This document shows positions 47,658 to 59,967 of a stretch of DNA of 64,000 nucleotides, piece by piece (within the stretch, counting starts at the first letter, position 1; each line of letters opens with the position of its first letter). Under the pieces are notes generated by a model that saw only the letters and a list, made by a program, of their open reading frames with translations, searched no databases and was not told the DNA's origin. Origin of the DNA: Phoronis australis (taxonomy: Eukaryota; Animalia; Phoronida). The stretch spans positions 510,102 to 574,101 of the forward strand of contig NMRA01000079.1 of assembly GCA_002633005.1 (NCBI GenBank). The letters are read 5' to 3'. Made by a program: the position numbers and the translations under genes.

Positions 47658-49929
47658 TCGGCTAAATCACAATCAAGGTCCATATTCGAGAGTTCACTGT
47701 GTTACGGTCTAAAATAAATTGTTTTGGTCACTTACCAAATGCCAACTGAATCATATGCAAAGAGTTATTTAGTTGTGCAAATTAAAAAAGAACCATCAAA
47801 ATCGGACCATGTTTGAGAAGTTTATGCATGTTTTTGTATACGAATTTCAGGCTTTTTTAGCGTTACGAGTGTCCATTTTAAAAATTACAATTTTCAACTG
47901 TCAACAGTAGAAAAGAAATTTATTTTATTAAGTAAGCTATTGCTTCGATATGACTGGGAATAACTTGAGTCACTTTCAGAATCACTTAGATGAAGTTGTG
48001 TTTAATCATTGAGAAATGGTAGGGTTCACCATAAAACAGGCACTCGTTACGAAATTTGTAAATTCTGTGTTTCTAAATCTCACCTAAAAAAACTAAAGTT
48101 CACACTCTGTAATAAAAAGAACCAGTGGTGGATTTAGGGGGAGGTCCCTCTAAAATTCTACCAGATACCATTTAGGAGCTCGGGAGTTCGGGTGCGCGCA
48201 AGTAGGGGCTCGTCGAGGGTGAATAAACAACGCATAGGCCCTGAATAAACTGGACAAACCCCGTTTACCGTTTTTTTTAGTCAACAGGTACGCAACCCCA
48301 AACATTCGTGGCCTCTGCGTCCCCACATTTTAGGCTGGGCGCGAACTTCTATTGTAATTCTGGTTATTCCCGTGTCCTGCCCCCCCAACTCAAAATCCTG
48401 GATCCGCCCCTGAGAACTGCAGAATATGCTAGCATAGGCAACACAGCAAATTATTCAATATCTAAACAAACCAAAAGCTTGGATATTGACTGGGTTGTGC
48501 TATGTTGAAAATGGGCTAAAAAGGCTAACAAAATGTAGTGTACGTACCCCCATGTGGAATTCAGTAACACAAATGGTCATTGCAAATGAAATTATTGCCT
48601 TTTAAATAACAACACGGTGCTTATTATCACCAAAGAAAAATACATGGCCATACAGCATTATGTTACCATGTGATACAGAAACAGTGTTGTAGTGTACGTA
48701 CCCCCTTTTGTAGTGTACGTACCCCCATGTTTACAAATTCCATGAAATTATATCACTTGATAAGTGAACAACATTGGTCTGAGACGGTTTCCTCCCTTAA
48801 AAATGTTAGGTTAAAAGGGTGTTTATTGCAAATACATTTGTTTTGAGTGAAATATTAGCATTTGTGTAGTGTACGTACCCCCATATTTTAATTTGTGCCT
48901 ATTTTCAAAGTATGGCAGATATGCACATGAATGCTGTATTTTTGTTTGTTCTCCTTTAATAGGCTTGGTAAATGATTTAATTCTCAGTACATTCTAAGCA
49001 TTTTTATAAACGTGACAAGTCATTGACATGTAGTGTACGGAGCCGTGTGTAGTGTACGAACCTTCAACCTTTGTGCTATAAAGTATTGCCCACAAGTATT
49101 TTTACATGCTGCTGTTCTCATGAACAATACTGATATTTCCAGAATGCATCCAGTCTGACAAAAAACAATGGACATTTTTTAATTTGTGGGCAATAAAATG
49201 CCAGACAGGATTTGGCTAGTAACTTTCTACAATACTTGTCATGTGACAACTGATGTAGAGAAAGGTTCTCTATCTCTCAAGACAACTTGCAACAAAACAA
49301 CTAGTAGAGGTAGCACAAAACTCAAGATCATCCCATACATTTGTAACTTAGTCAAAATTTGACGTTGATTGACTGTGCGTAGTGTACGTACCCCCAACCA
49401 GTATCATTTTTACTGTTTACAAGTTGAACACTGGGCCTAACATTGCTTTAACTATTTTGACCAACTGGTGAATGTTTTGAAAATTAGGCAAATAGCATCA
49501 AAAAAGTTTTTGAAAAAAGTACTTACTTGTCATTTTCTTTTTGTAAGGATATTGCAAGAGAAGACGTTCTCATTATACTTTGTTAAGATATGCAATGTAT
49601 CATCATCTAGAATAACTTGATCAGCACGGTAATAACTTTTCTTACTTTAGTACGTGATATTTCTTCAATTTGATCAAACACTTATTAAATTAACAGCTAC
49701 CTGATAGAAGTGGGCTGCGACCACAAGTTGTGGTACTCGTACCCTTTCATATAACTGTGATGCATTAGGCCGTAAAATTTTATTCGGTGGTTCTTGTGCA
49801 AACATATTTTAGATTACAAACCTGGAATGATGGTACTTTAAAATAACCCAGCTTTTACAGTTATATGACAACCTCCATTTTTCACCAAAAGTGGCCACCG
49901 AATATGGACCTTGATTGTGATTTGCCCGA
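47658..49929. mobile_element. Non-autonomous TIR DNA transposon, superfamily unassigned
   Basis: ~31-bp TIR tcgg(ct/gc)aaatcacaatcaaggtccatattcg; about seven internal copies of gtagtgtacgtacccc; nested MITE. Confidence 0.75.
48123..48412. mobile_element. hAT-like MITE, 5-bp TSD AGAAC
   Basis: cagtggtggatttag ... ggatccgcccctg; AGAAC on both flanks; homologous to 59341-59622. Confidence 0.8.
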
Positions 49930-50393
49930 CTGAAAACAGAGAATCGTGGCTATATGGGTCAACCGTATAAGACAGGTGATTGGTTCTCGATGACGCCTTC
50001 TGGCTTGTAGTCGTCTCAGGTGAAGTCAGACGAGTGCAGCCAATGAAATCGAAAGATAAATTATGTATACCTCGATTGCTTTTCCGTCCTGTTGTTCGAA
50101 ACGTCTAGGTTTTCCAAGCTCGAACGTATTGCTAGAGTTGCCCGCGGTACTCTGAAATTGCAATCAAACGACTTTGCTGAAAGCGCGACTGACAGCAGGT
50201 CAGTTAGCGAAACGGAATCATGAGATCGACAGTGGTGATAGATGAGGTAACATCATTTCTAAAATCTATCGGTAAATTTACACCAACTACTAGCTTATTT
50301 ACATTGGCTAGACTTTTCGGTCGGTAATTAATCATCCGGCCATCTTCAGGTGCGACAGCGTTTTTAGAAGAACGAGCACAAGTGTAGCCTATG

Positions 50394-50618
50394 CAGTGGC
50401 GGATTTAGAGGGGGCCAAGGAGGCCATAGTACTCCTAAAAATTCTCCCACATTACATTTGGCAATTCGAGGGTGCGAATGTCTGACGGGCAAAATCCTGG
50501 CTAATAATGTGCTCTGCCCCCCCTCAACACAAAATCCTGGATCCGCCCCTGTTGCTACACTGGTGATCGTGTACTCTGTCGTGGCCCCCCTTAACTCAAA
50601 ATCCTGGATCTGCCCCTG
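50394..50618. mobile_element. hAT-like MITE of the same family with a second 3' end
   Basis: cagtggcggatttag ... ggatccgcccctg (50551), second end at 50618; reverse homolog of 20818-20978. Confidence 0.7.
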
Positions 50619-50651
50619 CTACAACACCAAAGGTACTCAGGAGTGATTGCC

Positions 50652-52122
50652 CAAGGGCTACGCACCATGGGGGCTAAGGGGGGCTAATAGCCCCTACTTT
50701 TTGAGCAACTCTATAAAAATCTGAGAAATCAATTAAATCATTTAATTGAGTGTGTTTAGTACAATGAAGAAGTCTTTACACCTCCTGTTTTTATAAAAAC
50801 TGTCCAAAGAAATGTAGGCACATTTGCTTGCCTGCCTGGCAAAAAATCTATAATTGTAGCCAGTGTAGGCAGTGTTTTCGCGGGTGGTCATGAGCGGAAA
50901 GGTCTGCTGGTCCACCTCAAACTGCAGTAGCATTGCCTGCACGACAAACCGACAAAGAATGCAATCGTCAAGGTTGGCAGAGGCGCGTGTGTACACATCT
51001 CGTGACACAAGCTACGGCGTGTTTATGAGCACGTTCTCTTATTTATTCATTCCTCTGTTAGCTCATCGAGAGTGCGAAGCGCCAAGATGTCACGGAAAAT
51101 GAAGACTACGGGTTTTAGTCGTTTACGACATATTGAAACGGCCACGATATCAGCTGCAATAGACACGTGACGAAAACTTGAACTGTCGCTCAAAAAATGC
51201 ATAGTCCAGTGCAACAGTGATGTTAATAACACGTGTGGAAATAATCCAGAGTTGCACTGACTATTCTGGTGCAAAAGCCATCTACTTTTGCGACACTTTG
51301 TTATTGACACTCTTTGGGATTGGGTGTGAAAGATAATGTCACAGGCAACGACTTGACATCCAACACAATGGCAACAGTTAAGAAATTGGTAAGTATTTGA
51401 GTTCAAAGACAACAAAGAAGAAGACGCGGCAATTACAGTGAGCGGGGCTCTTATTTTTTTTTTGCCAGCAAGATGGACAGTTAATGACGCCGTGTGTTAT
51501 AAACGTGCGTAAGTTGTTACAAATGAATGTGCTGTTGGGAACTCAGGATTTTTTGTTATCACAAAGGTTTGATACCGAGGTACGCTCAAAAGTCTTTGGT
51601 TGCGTTAGCCAAATGAAGTTGTTTGGGAAAACTATCAGATATGATGAGACAGCCTTCAACGCGTAGTTCCACGATACTCAAGCAAGTCGTTTCAATATAT
51701 TGGTGGAACCCGAAGTATCTAAAAAACGAAGAGCATCAGCTCGTTTTTAAGACGGTTTTGCCAAACCAGAGTTCCTAGTATTGCCACGGGATCATTAAAA
51801 CGATTTTATTTTAAATCAATTGATCAAATTATTTCTTCATTGCAACTCATAAACGAGCCAGTTGCATTCTCATTGACACAGGTTGCGAGGTAAGCCTCTC
51901 AAGGGGTTTCGTTGGCAACGTAAACTGAGTAAGGAAAGTTACCAGATCAATTGTATAGCGACAGCCAAGTACAGTAACCTAAAATACCTCAATTTTGGCA
52001 GAAAGCATGCGCACGGTTTTAATACCGCTGAACGTCAACTAAATTTGACTGAATATTAGGCAAATCATTTTAAGACGAGACACTCTAAAGCCCCCTCAGC
52101 CCCCTGTGGTGCACCGCCCATG
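50652..52122. mobile_element. Degenerate hAT-like element
   Basis: Imperfect ~33-bp TIR caagggctacgcaccatgggggctaagggggg / catgggcggtgcaccacagggggctgaggggg; possible dimerisation-domain remnant FSRLRHIET near 51113; no TSD seen. Confidence 0.45.
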
Positions 52123-55100
52123 TACATGTATTAGTACAAGTCAACTAACTAAATTCAGAAGCGGTTCGTGATTAGAACTAGCAGTTACACAAGAAAATTT
52201 TTGCTTCTAACTTTCGAAACTTGAAGCAGGACAAGAACCTCACTGTAGTTTTAAAACATTCTCCATGCCTCCTGCTTCAAAACCTTCAAGTAAAAATTGC
52301 AAAACCATGACGATTCTCTCCAGCAGTGTTTGATTTGTAACAGTTCATTTGAAAATTTACTTACGTGACGTGTGACGGTGAGATTACTACCACTAAGGGA
52401 ATACGTCTGGTTGGGTTCGTTCACCTTTACGGAGGCTGCCTTATCCTTGGAAACACCTTGGAAGAGAAAACCGGTAATTTTACTTAACCGGGAGTTAACA
52501 ATATTCGTACGTAGTTCAGCTGGGTTGCAAAATTCTTTTAAAAGTAATCCTCTGGAATTAGTCAACGTTAAATATGCAAATATAGGTGTATAGGGTGTAA
52601 TAAGCTATAAACACGCGTATATCTTAATACAAAACAAAGGCCGAGCGCAGGTAACGAGTAGGGTTGGCTCAGTAATTGACCTATCGCAAGCTCCACCCCT
52701 ATGCGAAAAGTCACGTGATACCCGACATTCGAACGAGATGTCAGAGGCAAATACACTGTCGCTAAACGACGTTCCTGGTGGAATCGATGAGTGTTTTTGC
52801 ACTATTTGAAAACGCGTCGACAAAGACAAGAGGCGATGCTTTTCAACAGTGAATCGTACGTTCATGATATGGGAATTTGTAAAGGTGACGATGAAAAAAT
52901 AAGTGCTCGAGGAGCCAGAGAAAATCCGAAGAACCCCTCGGCCTCGAGGCTACCTTCACCTGACAAATGACAAGGCCACTGATACGATATGTTCATGTAA
53001 AGCTGGGTATGTACCTTAAAGTCCAATTATCTGTACGATTCCATAGATTTCATGATCTTTCAAATAAAATCAGTGGAGATTCACCGACATTTTTATTCTG
53101 TCGTCTGCTAAATTTCGCCAAATGAAAAGTAGGTCACAACTGGTGGGACTCCTGGAGTAAAGTAAGTCATAGATTACAGACAACACATGCACTATAGTCT
53201 CTGACTAGATCGAATCGATAGCTTTTCTAATCTTGTCACGAAATATTTAGATAAAAAAATTCAGGTTCATAGCTCAGGTACACACTCATCTCGTCCTGGG
53301 CAAACAGTTAGCTCCGGTAGCCTAGGTCTAGGGCTGTGTCTAAGTAAAATTAATGTCTGGAATTCAGTGGCGGATCTAGGATACCACAGGGGGCCCAACA
53401 TATGTTGCCTCGTGGAATTGGGCAAAGTGCGATTGTATGTGCACAGGCGGCACGAAAGTTGCAGGGGCCANNNNNNNNNNNNNNNNNNNNNNNNNNNNNN
53501 NNNNNNNNNNNNNNNNNNNNNNNNNNNNNNNNNNNNNNNNNNNNNNNNNNNNNNNNNNNNNNNNNNNNNNNNNNNNNNNNNNNNNNNNNNNNNNNNNNNN
53601 NNNNNNNNNNNNNNNNNNNNNNNNNNNNNNNNNNNNNNNNNNNNNNNNNNNNNNNNNNNNNNNNNNNNNNNNNNNNNNNNNNNNNNNNNNNNNNNNNNNN
53701 NNNNNNNNNNNNNNNNNNNNNNNNNNNNNNNNNNNNNNNNNNNNNNNNNNNNNNNNNNNNNNNNNNNNNNNNNNNNNNNNNNNNNNNNNNNNNNNNNNNN
53801 NNNNNNNNNNNNNNNNNNNNNNNNNNNNNNNNNNNNNNNNNNNNNNNNNNNNNNNNNNNNNNNNNNNNNNNNNNNNNNNNNNNNNNNNNNNNNNNNNNNN
53901 NNNNNNNNNNNNNNNNNNNNNNNNNNNNNNNNNNNNNNNNNNNNNNNNNNNNNNNNNNNNNNNNNNNNNNNNNNNNNNNNNNNNNNNNNNNNNNNNNNNN
54001 NNNNNNNNNNNNNNNNNNNNNNNNNNNNNNNCCCCCTGGGTGCGCCCATGTATGCTGTGTGTCATGTACGCAACCTCGTGGAAGAGAAACAGTTTATTGA
54101 AGAATTGGGTAAAAGAAACTGGGCAATAGGTGACACAATATTTCATTGCACCTGAAGCCGACGCAAAAGATCGCTCCACAAATTTAGCAGCAGAATAACG
54201 GTAAAACGCCAATTTTTTCAACATCGGTAAATAACTTAGTTTACTCAATGAACAGAGCAGTTTTTAATGACACTAGTTTTGAGGATTTTATGTGGTCATT
54301 TTTTACCCACATCGGCGCAAAGCTATATATTTAGTACACAACTTTCCACCAAGGCTAAGTGGTACCTAGCTGTATTTTAATATAAATAGAATGATGATGT
54401 ATATTATCAATATCTGATGTAAATAGGATTATGGTTGACATTAGTGAAATATGGGCGATGTTATGTCTGACATAAGTTATTATACATCAGGCATTATCGT
54501 TTGTGTCTGACTTAAATCTGATTTATTTGGACATCATTGGGATTGATGTGAGACCTAATTGACCTATCGCCAGGATTATGGCGGACGGCGTAATTGACCA
54601 ATCAGAACGCAGCATTCTTGGCACACCTTCGTCTGCGTTTCCAAGCCGCCATTTTACCCGACAAACGACACGCAGTCGAGTAAAACTTACTTTAGTCTGT
54701 AGCTCAAGAAATTGTCCGGTAAGAATGGGGAAACGGTGTTGATATGAGGTGTGTAGCCCCGACAGCCGTTATGCTGCTCCAGAATAATATCCCGTCATTT
54801 TTGGCATGTCCTAAGCCGAAAAATGATGTTGAAAAGCGTAAACTATAGGGATGTAGACCGTTGGACCTTCTGTTCAGAAAATCTATCGGTGGACTGAAAA
54901 AAACAGGAACACGATTCCGCCGCGATCTGGGGTCTGAGCCCCCCCTTTCCGCCGCTACAGGTCCTAGTTATTGAACTCAATATTTCCTCACGCTCTTGCT
55001 GTTTCATTTTGCTTGCGGCAGCCAAGGGGGGTGGGCTGGGGCCTCTGCCCCCCCCCCCTAAATCCGCCTGTGGAATTTGCACCATTAAGACATTTAAATT

Positions 55101-55373
55101 AGGCCTACCTCCTTATGAACTTGGCATTTTTTGTAGTTTCATTCCATAAAGGTAGCGAAGGATTCGAGCCCCCTTATATGAACTGAACCGCGAGTGTAGA
55201 TGCGCATAGCACCGAATGGGGGGAGGTCGGGAGGGGGGTTTGCGCCCTCCCGACCAGGAAATTTTTCTGTTTTTACCTCTAAAAATCAAGCATTTGCCTT
55301 GATTCCTGAAGTATTATCCAAAAAAGGCAAAAAAAAAAACACGGAGAACGTGTCGAACAGGAAAAAAATGCAA

Positions 55374-55438
55374 GTGTCAAAGACTCGAACTCACGACCTA
55401 GAGGGTTGAGCGCGCGTACGTTACCACTACACCACCAC
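55374..55438 (-). pseudogene. tRNA-derived fragment (pseudo-tRNA or SINE head)
   Basis: Minus strand gtggtgtagtggtaa (A box) ... ggtcgtgagttcgagtc (B box); acceptor stem not intact; embedded in repeat sequence. Confidence 0.45.
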
Positions 55439-56689
55439 AATTTAACCACAAGTCTTATACTAAAAGACGTACTTGTTTATGGGCCACAGCGTTTGCGCGC
55501 GTAATCTACCTCTTTTTGTAATGCTTATTATACGTTTTATATTTTGTGCCAACAATTCTTAACAAATTTGTCGTATTTGAAATAGTCTTCAAATGCCCAA
55601 AAGACCAAATCCATTTTTCGTGTTGGCAATAATGACGGGATTGCTTTGGAAACCGTCTTAAGATAAGGTTTGACAAAGAGAGTATTGCGAGTTTCTGAGT
55701 GATTCACTAAGGCTTCGATTAAAATTCACATCTTACCAGNNNNNNNNNNNNNNNNNNNNNNNNNNNNNNNNNNNNNNNNNNNNNNNNNNNNNNNNNNNNN
55801 NNNNNNNNNNNNNNNNNNNNNNNNNNNNNNNNNNNNNNNNNNNNNNNNNNNNNNNNNNNNNNNNNNNNNNNNNNNNNNNNNNNNNNNNNNNNNNNNNNNN
55901 NNNNNNNNNNNNNNNNNNNNNNNNNNNNNNNNNNNNNNNNNNNNNNNNNNNNNNNNNNNNNNNNNNNNNNNNNNNNNNNNNNNNNNNNNNNNNNNNNNNN
56001 NNNNNNNNNNNNNNNNNNNNNNNNNNNNNNNNNNNNNNNNNNNNNNNNNNNNNNNNNNNNNNNNNNNNNNNNNNNNNNNNNGCGGGCCCCCTGGCCCCCC
56101 CCCCCCCTCAATCCGCCTATGGCTCGTTACACGTGCACGCGCCATTTCCTAATTTTTTGCGACATCTCTCGGGACATGATGATAGACACAGGCGCTTGGG
56201 TTTATCGTAAATGACGTCACTCAATAATATATAATAAGAAAACATAAAGGTTGGACACTTAAACTTTGCCAAGTCGAGGCTCCCAACTTCAACCGTCCAA
56301 AATCCAAATAAAATCTACGTGCACCTCCCTCAGTCTGGTGTTGCATAAACCTTCGAAGCCTTATCTTTCCTAGATCCCATTAACTGTCTTCGTGAGTGCT
56401 GAATTGGCGATGGAATTTCCAAAACAATCTCAAAACTCTGAATTCAAGGACCTAAAAGTAAAATATTAAACATGGCGGATTTCAGTTGTGCTTCAACTTG
56501 TACGCCTGTCGTAGGTGAAACTTCGAGTTTGAGCAAGCAACCTATATTTCAAATTCAATAATTCTAAATCCAAAACTCAACTAATTGAGAATGTTAAAGT
56601 TAGCTGTATGAGGATTGTCCTCAAAATACAGCTAAGTACCAGTGTGTGTATTTCTTCCGGAGACCCGGAATTTGCACACAGCTAGGGCA

Positions 56690-58090
56690 GTTCTGCTCGT
56701 CACCTGGCCGTGAAACTTGTATCAACATGTAAAGCTAAAGACCGGACAAGGTGCATGCAAAATCTGGAAATCAACCGACACTCACATTGTCCGTTACAGC
56801 CGTTTAAGTGAAAAACAATGCAATGAACGTCATTTTCTTGCGTAACTCTCCGCCTTTTCTAACAATGAAAAGTATGTCGTCGTTTTGAAAACAGTGCTCT
56901 CGTGTCACGCGCACGCGCCATTTTCTAAATTTTTGCGACACCTCTCGGGAGATGATGATAGCTTGGCAGCAGCAAATTTTGTTCTGAAATTCGGTTTTTC
57001 GGTATCAAAATTCTAAAAACTTATAATGAAGCGAAACCAGTTCCTATAATTTGTTGTGATGTTCACGCAACCTCGTGAAAGAAGAAGAGTTGATTGAAGA
57101 ATCGGCGAAAAAAGAAACTGGCCAATTGGTGACGCTATATTTCATGGCGCCGAAAGCCGTCGCTAAAGATCGCTTCACAACTTTAGCAGCAGAATAACGG
57201 TAGAACGCCACTGATTCCAACACCGTTAAATAATTTAGTTTACTCAAGGGAGACTGTAGTTTTTAATGACACTAATTTTGTGTCAGATTTTATATTACCA
57301 CTTTTTTACCATATCTGTGCAAAGCTGTATATTTATATTTATATACAGCTTTGTGCCAAAGCTACATTGTACCAAAGCTAGCCGGCCGGGAACCACTGTG
57401 TTTCAAGCTCCAATAGACCTCAAAGTTTCACACCGACCGAGTGGTTGTGCTCGTCACCTGGTCGTGAAACTCATATCAACGTGTACATGTAGAGCTAACG
57501 ACAGGCTTGAATACAAGGAAAATCTGAGTCAATCGACACTCACATTGCCTGTCGCAGGCGTTTCACTGAAAAAACAATATAATATATGTCATTTTGTTGC
57601 ATAATTTTCAGCCTTTTGTTACAACGAAAAATCTATCGTCGTTTTAAAAACAGAACGCTCGCGAAACGCACACACGTAATTTTTTTTGAACATCTCTCTG
57701 GAGATTGTGACAGTAGCTTTGAGGTAAAAAAATTGGCTCTGAAATTCGGTTTGTTGGTATTAAAAAATAGTACAAAATTATGAAGAATTGAAACCAGTTC
57801 CAAAAATTTGTTCACTAAATTGTGACATTTACGCACCCTTGTGGAAGAAGAACAGTTGATTGAAGAATTTCTGAAAAAGAAATTGACGAATAGGTGACAC
57901 TATATTTCATAGCACCGAAAGCCGACAAGTAGGTTGCTCCATTCTAGCAGAAGAATAACAGTGGAACGCAAATTTTTCGAGCATCGGTAAATAATTTTGT
58001 TTACTCAAGGAAAAGTGTTTTTTTAATAACGCAAATTTTGTGTCAGGTTTTAACTGACCAATATTTTAGAAACATCGGTGGAACGCTGTA
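56690..58090. repeat. ~765-bp diverged tandem repeat (two units; partial copies at 54065-54370 and 56130-56185)
   Basis: cgca.cct.gtg.aaga...ttgaagaat...ggtgac.c.atatttcat.gc.cc.aagccg recurs at ~54070, 57067, 57832. Confidence 0.75.
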
Positions 58091-59340
58091 TGATCGGCTC
58101 GCTGGTTCTCTGCATGTCCGCTAGGGGGAAAGGTGAGTGTCAGTTGACTACCTAATTTTGCATGCACCCCACTGGTCGTTAGACCTACATGTAAGTTTCA
58201 CGATCAGTTGAACTACCCTGGCTGTAGGTAATTTCGGGGTCTAACAGATCTCAACACATAGTGGTACCTACATGTAGTTGTATTTTGACGACAGTCTTCA
58301 AACAGCTAGCTGGCTGGCTAGCTGGCTAGCTGGTTGGTTACCTTACCCAGAAGTTTTATCAATTCATCTTCGTTGTCACCAACGCTAACGAATTTCCATG
58401 TACCGACGATGGCATCCATGTCGACCGGTAGCTTGAGTTGTTTCAAAAGCTGTCTGACGGCGTTTGCAGAGACGCGAAACCTGCGTGCATTGAAACTCTA
58501 CATGTACAGCAAGATCGCGTCTCATTTTTTAATTTTGCTGAGGCCACGTGACACTACTTGAGTTTTTGCTAGAACAAAATAGAGACTTTCTGCTATGTTG
58601 TTCGCATAATTTCCCTGTTCAATGTTTTCTGATCAAATTGTTTGATATCCTCAATGAAATTCTGCACCGTAGTTTGATTTCCACTCCAAAAAAAATGTAA
58701 TACTGTTTTATTTTTTAACTTTTGGTTGCAGGTTTCGTCTTCAAAACTAGTCTACTCACTAATGCAGAAACGTGTTCAGATTTTAAGAAGGAAGCGATCG
58801 TGTATTGCACAGGGCCTGAACATGCCACCCTTTTTATCACCGGTCTATCCAGTTAGAAGGCCACTGGGCCATTGAAGAACAGTGTGCTGTCTACAGAAAA
58901 ACGCCTTTTGAACAAAATTAAATAATTACTATTTTCAGAAACCAAGGGTGCATATATTAACTATTCTATAAAACTGCGTCTTTATTTTTCATTCGTAGCC
59001 GTAATAGAAGATATGAAGACTTGAATCATTAAAGAAATGAATTTTTCTGTTATTTAAGAGTAATTAGGCACCATCAAAAATGCAATTTTCACAAAATGGC
59101 AGTCATTTGAATTTATAAACGACTTGCGACATTTCAAGGCATGAGTTAAGACTATTCATTCACTGAGAATTCAGAAAATATGTTTTTAAGAGTTTGCAAT
59201 TGATAGCAAAAGAGTTTCATGAAATAAACTTGAAGGAACTTCATGAAGGTTAAGAATTACCTCACCATGCTCTTTCCGCCAGACATGTATTACCTGTTAT
59301 TTCCACACATTCAGTTGCAACAAATTTTACAACCCCAACC

Positions 59341-59622
59341 CGGTGGCAAATTTAGGGGGGAGGGGGGCAAGTAGGCCATGGCCCGCCTAAAATTCTACCA
59401 GATACCACACCACTTGGCAGATCAGAAGTGAATTGCTGACTAGGATATGCGCGCATTCAGGGGGGCAGGGCTTTCAACAAACCCCGTTTACCGTTTCTTT
59501 TAGTAATAAGGTCCACAAATACAAAAATTCGAGGCCCCTGCATCCCTACATTTTAGGCTGGGCGTGCACATGGTTATTCCTGTGCCCTGCCCCCCTAACT
59601 CAAAATCCTAGATCCACCCCTG
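59341..59622. mobile_element. hAT-like MITE, 5-bp TSD CAACC
   Basis: cggtggcaaatttag ... agatccacccctg; CAACC on both flanks. Confidence 0.75.
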
Positions 59623-59967
59623 CAACCCCCTATGCGTGAACATCGTGTAAGTTCTACATGCAAATTTAGACCTTTTCAAAGATAATCTCTGACAGCGTTT
59701 TGGAGAAAAGTGCATAAAGCACAGTATCTGAAACTTTCATTTGAATCCAGGAAGTCGTTTCGGAGATGTGAAATTCCGAAGCATGCGCTCACCTGGGGGC
59801 CCACACGAGCCCCCCATTTGGCGAAGTGGGCAAAAAGGTTCTACCTCCTCAGGGAAACAACAACTCCGAAAAAGTAGAACACGAGACATAAGTCCATGAT
59901 AAGAAGACAGCAACTACCAAAGTTTGGCGAATACACAATTCATAGCTCAAAACGTACCCCGTGAATC

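Noticed and set aside
48535-49395. CRISPR-like reading of the repeated 16-bp motif, and of the 25-bp minisatellite at 9978
   Set aside because: Eukaryotic context, irregular spacing or no spacers, and no cas genes.
53267-56145. Long ORFs consisting mostly of X
   Set aside because: Artefacts of N gaps at 53471-54031 and 55740-56081.
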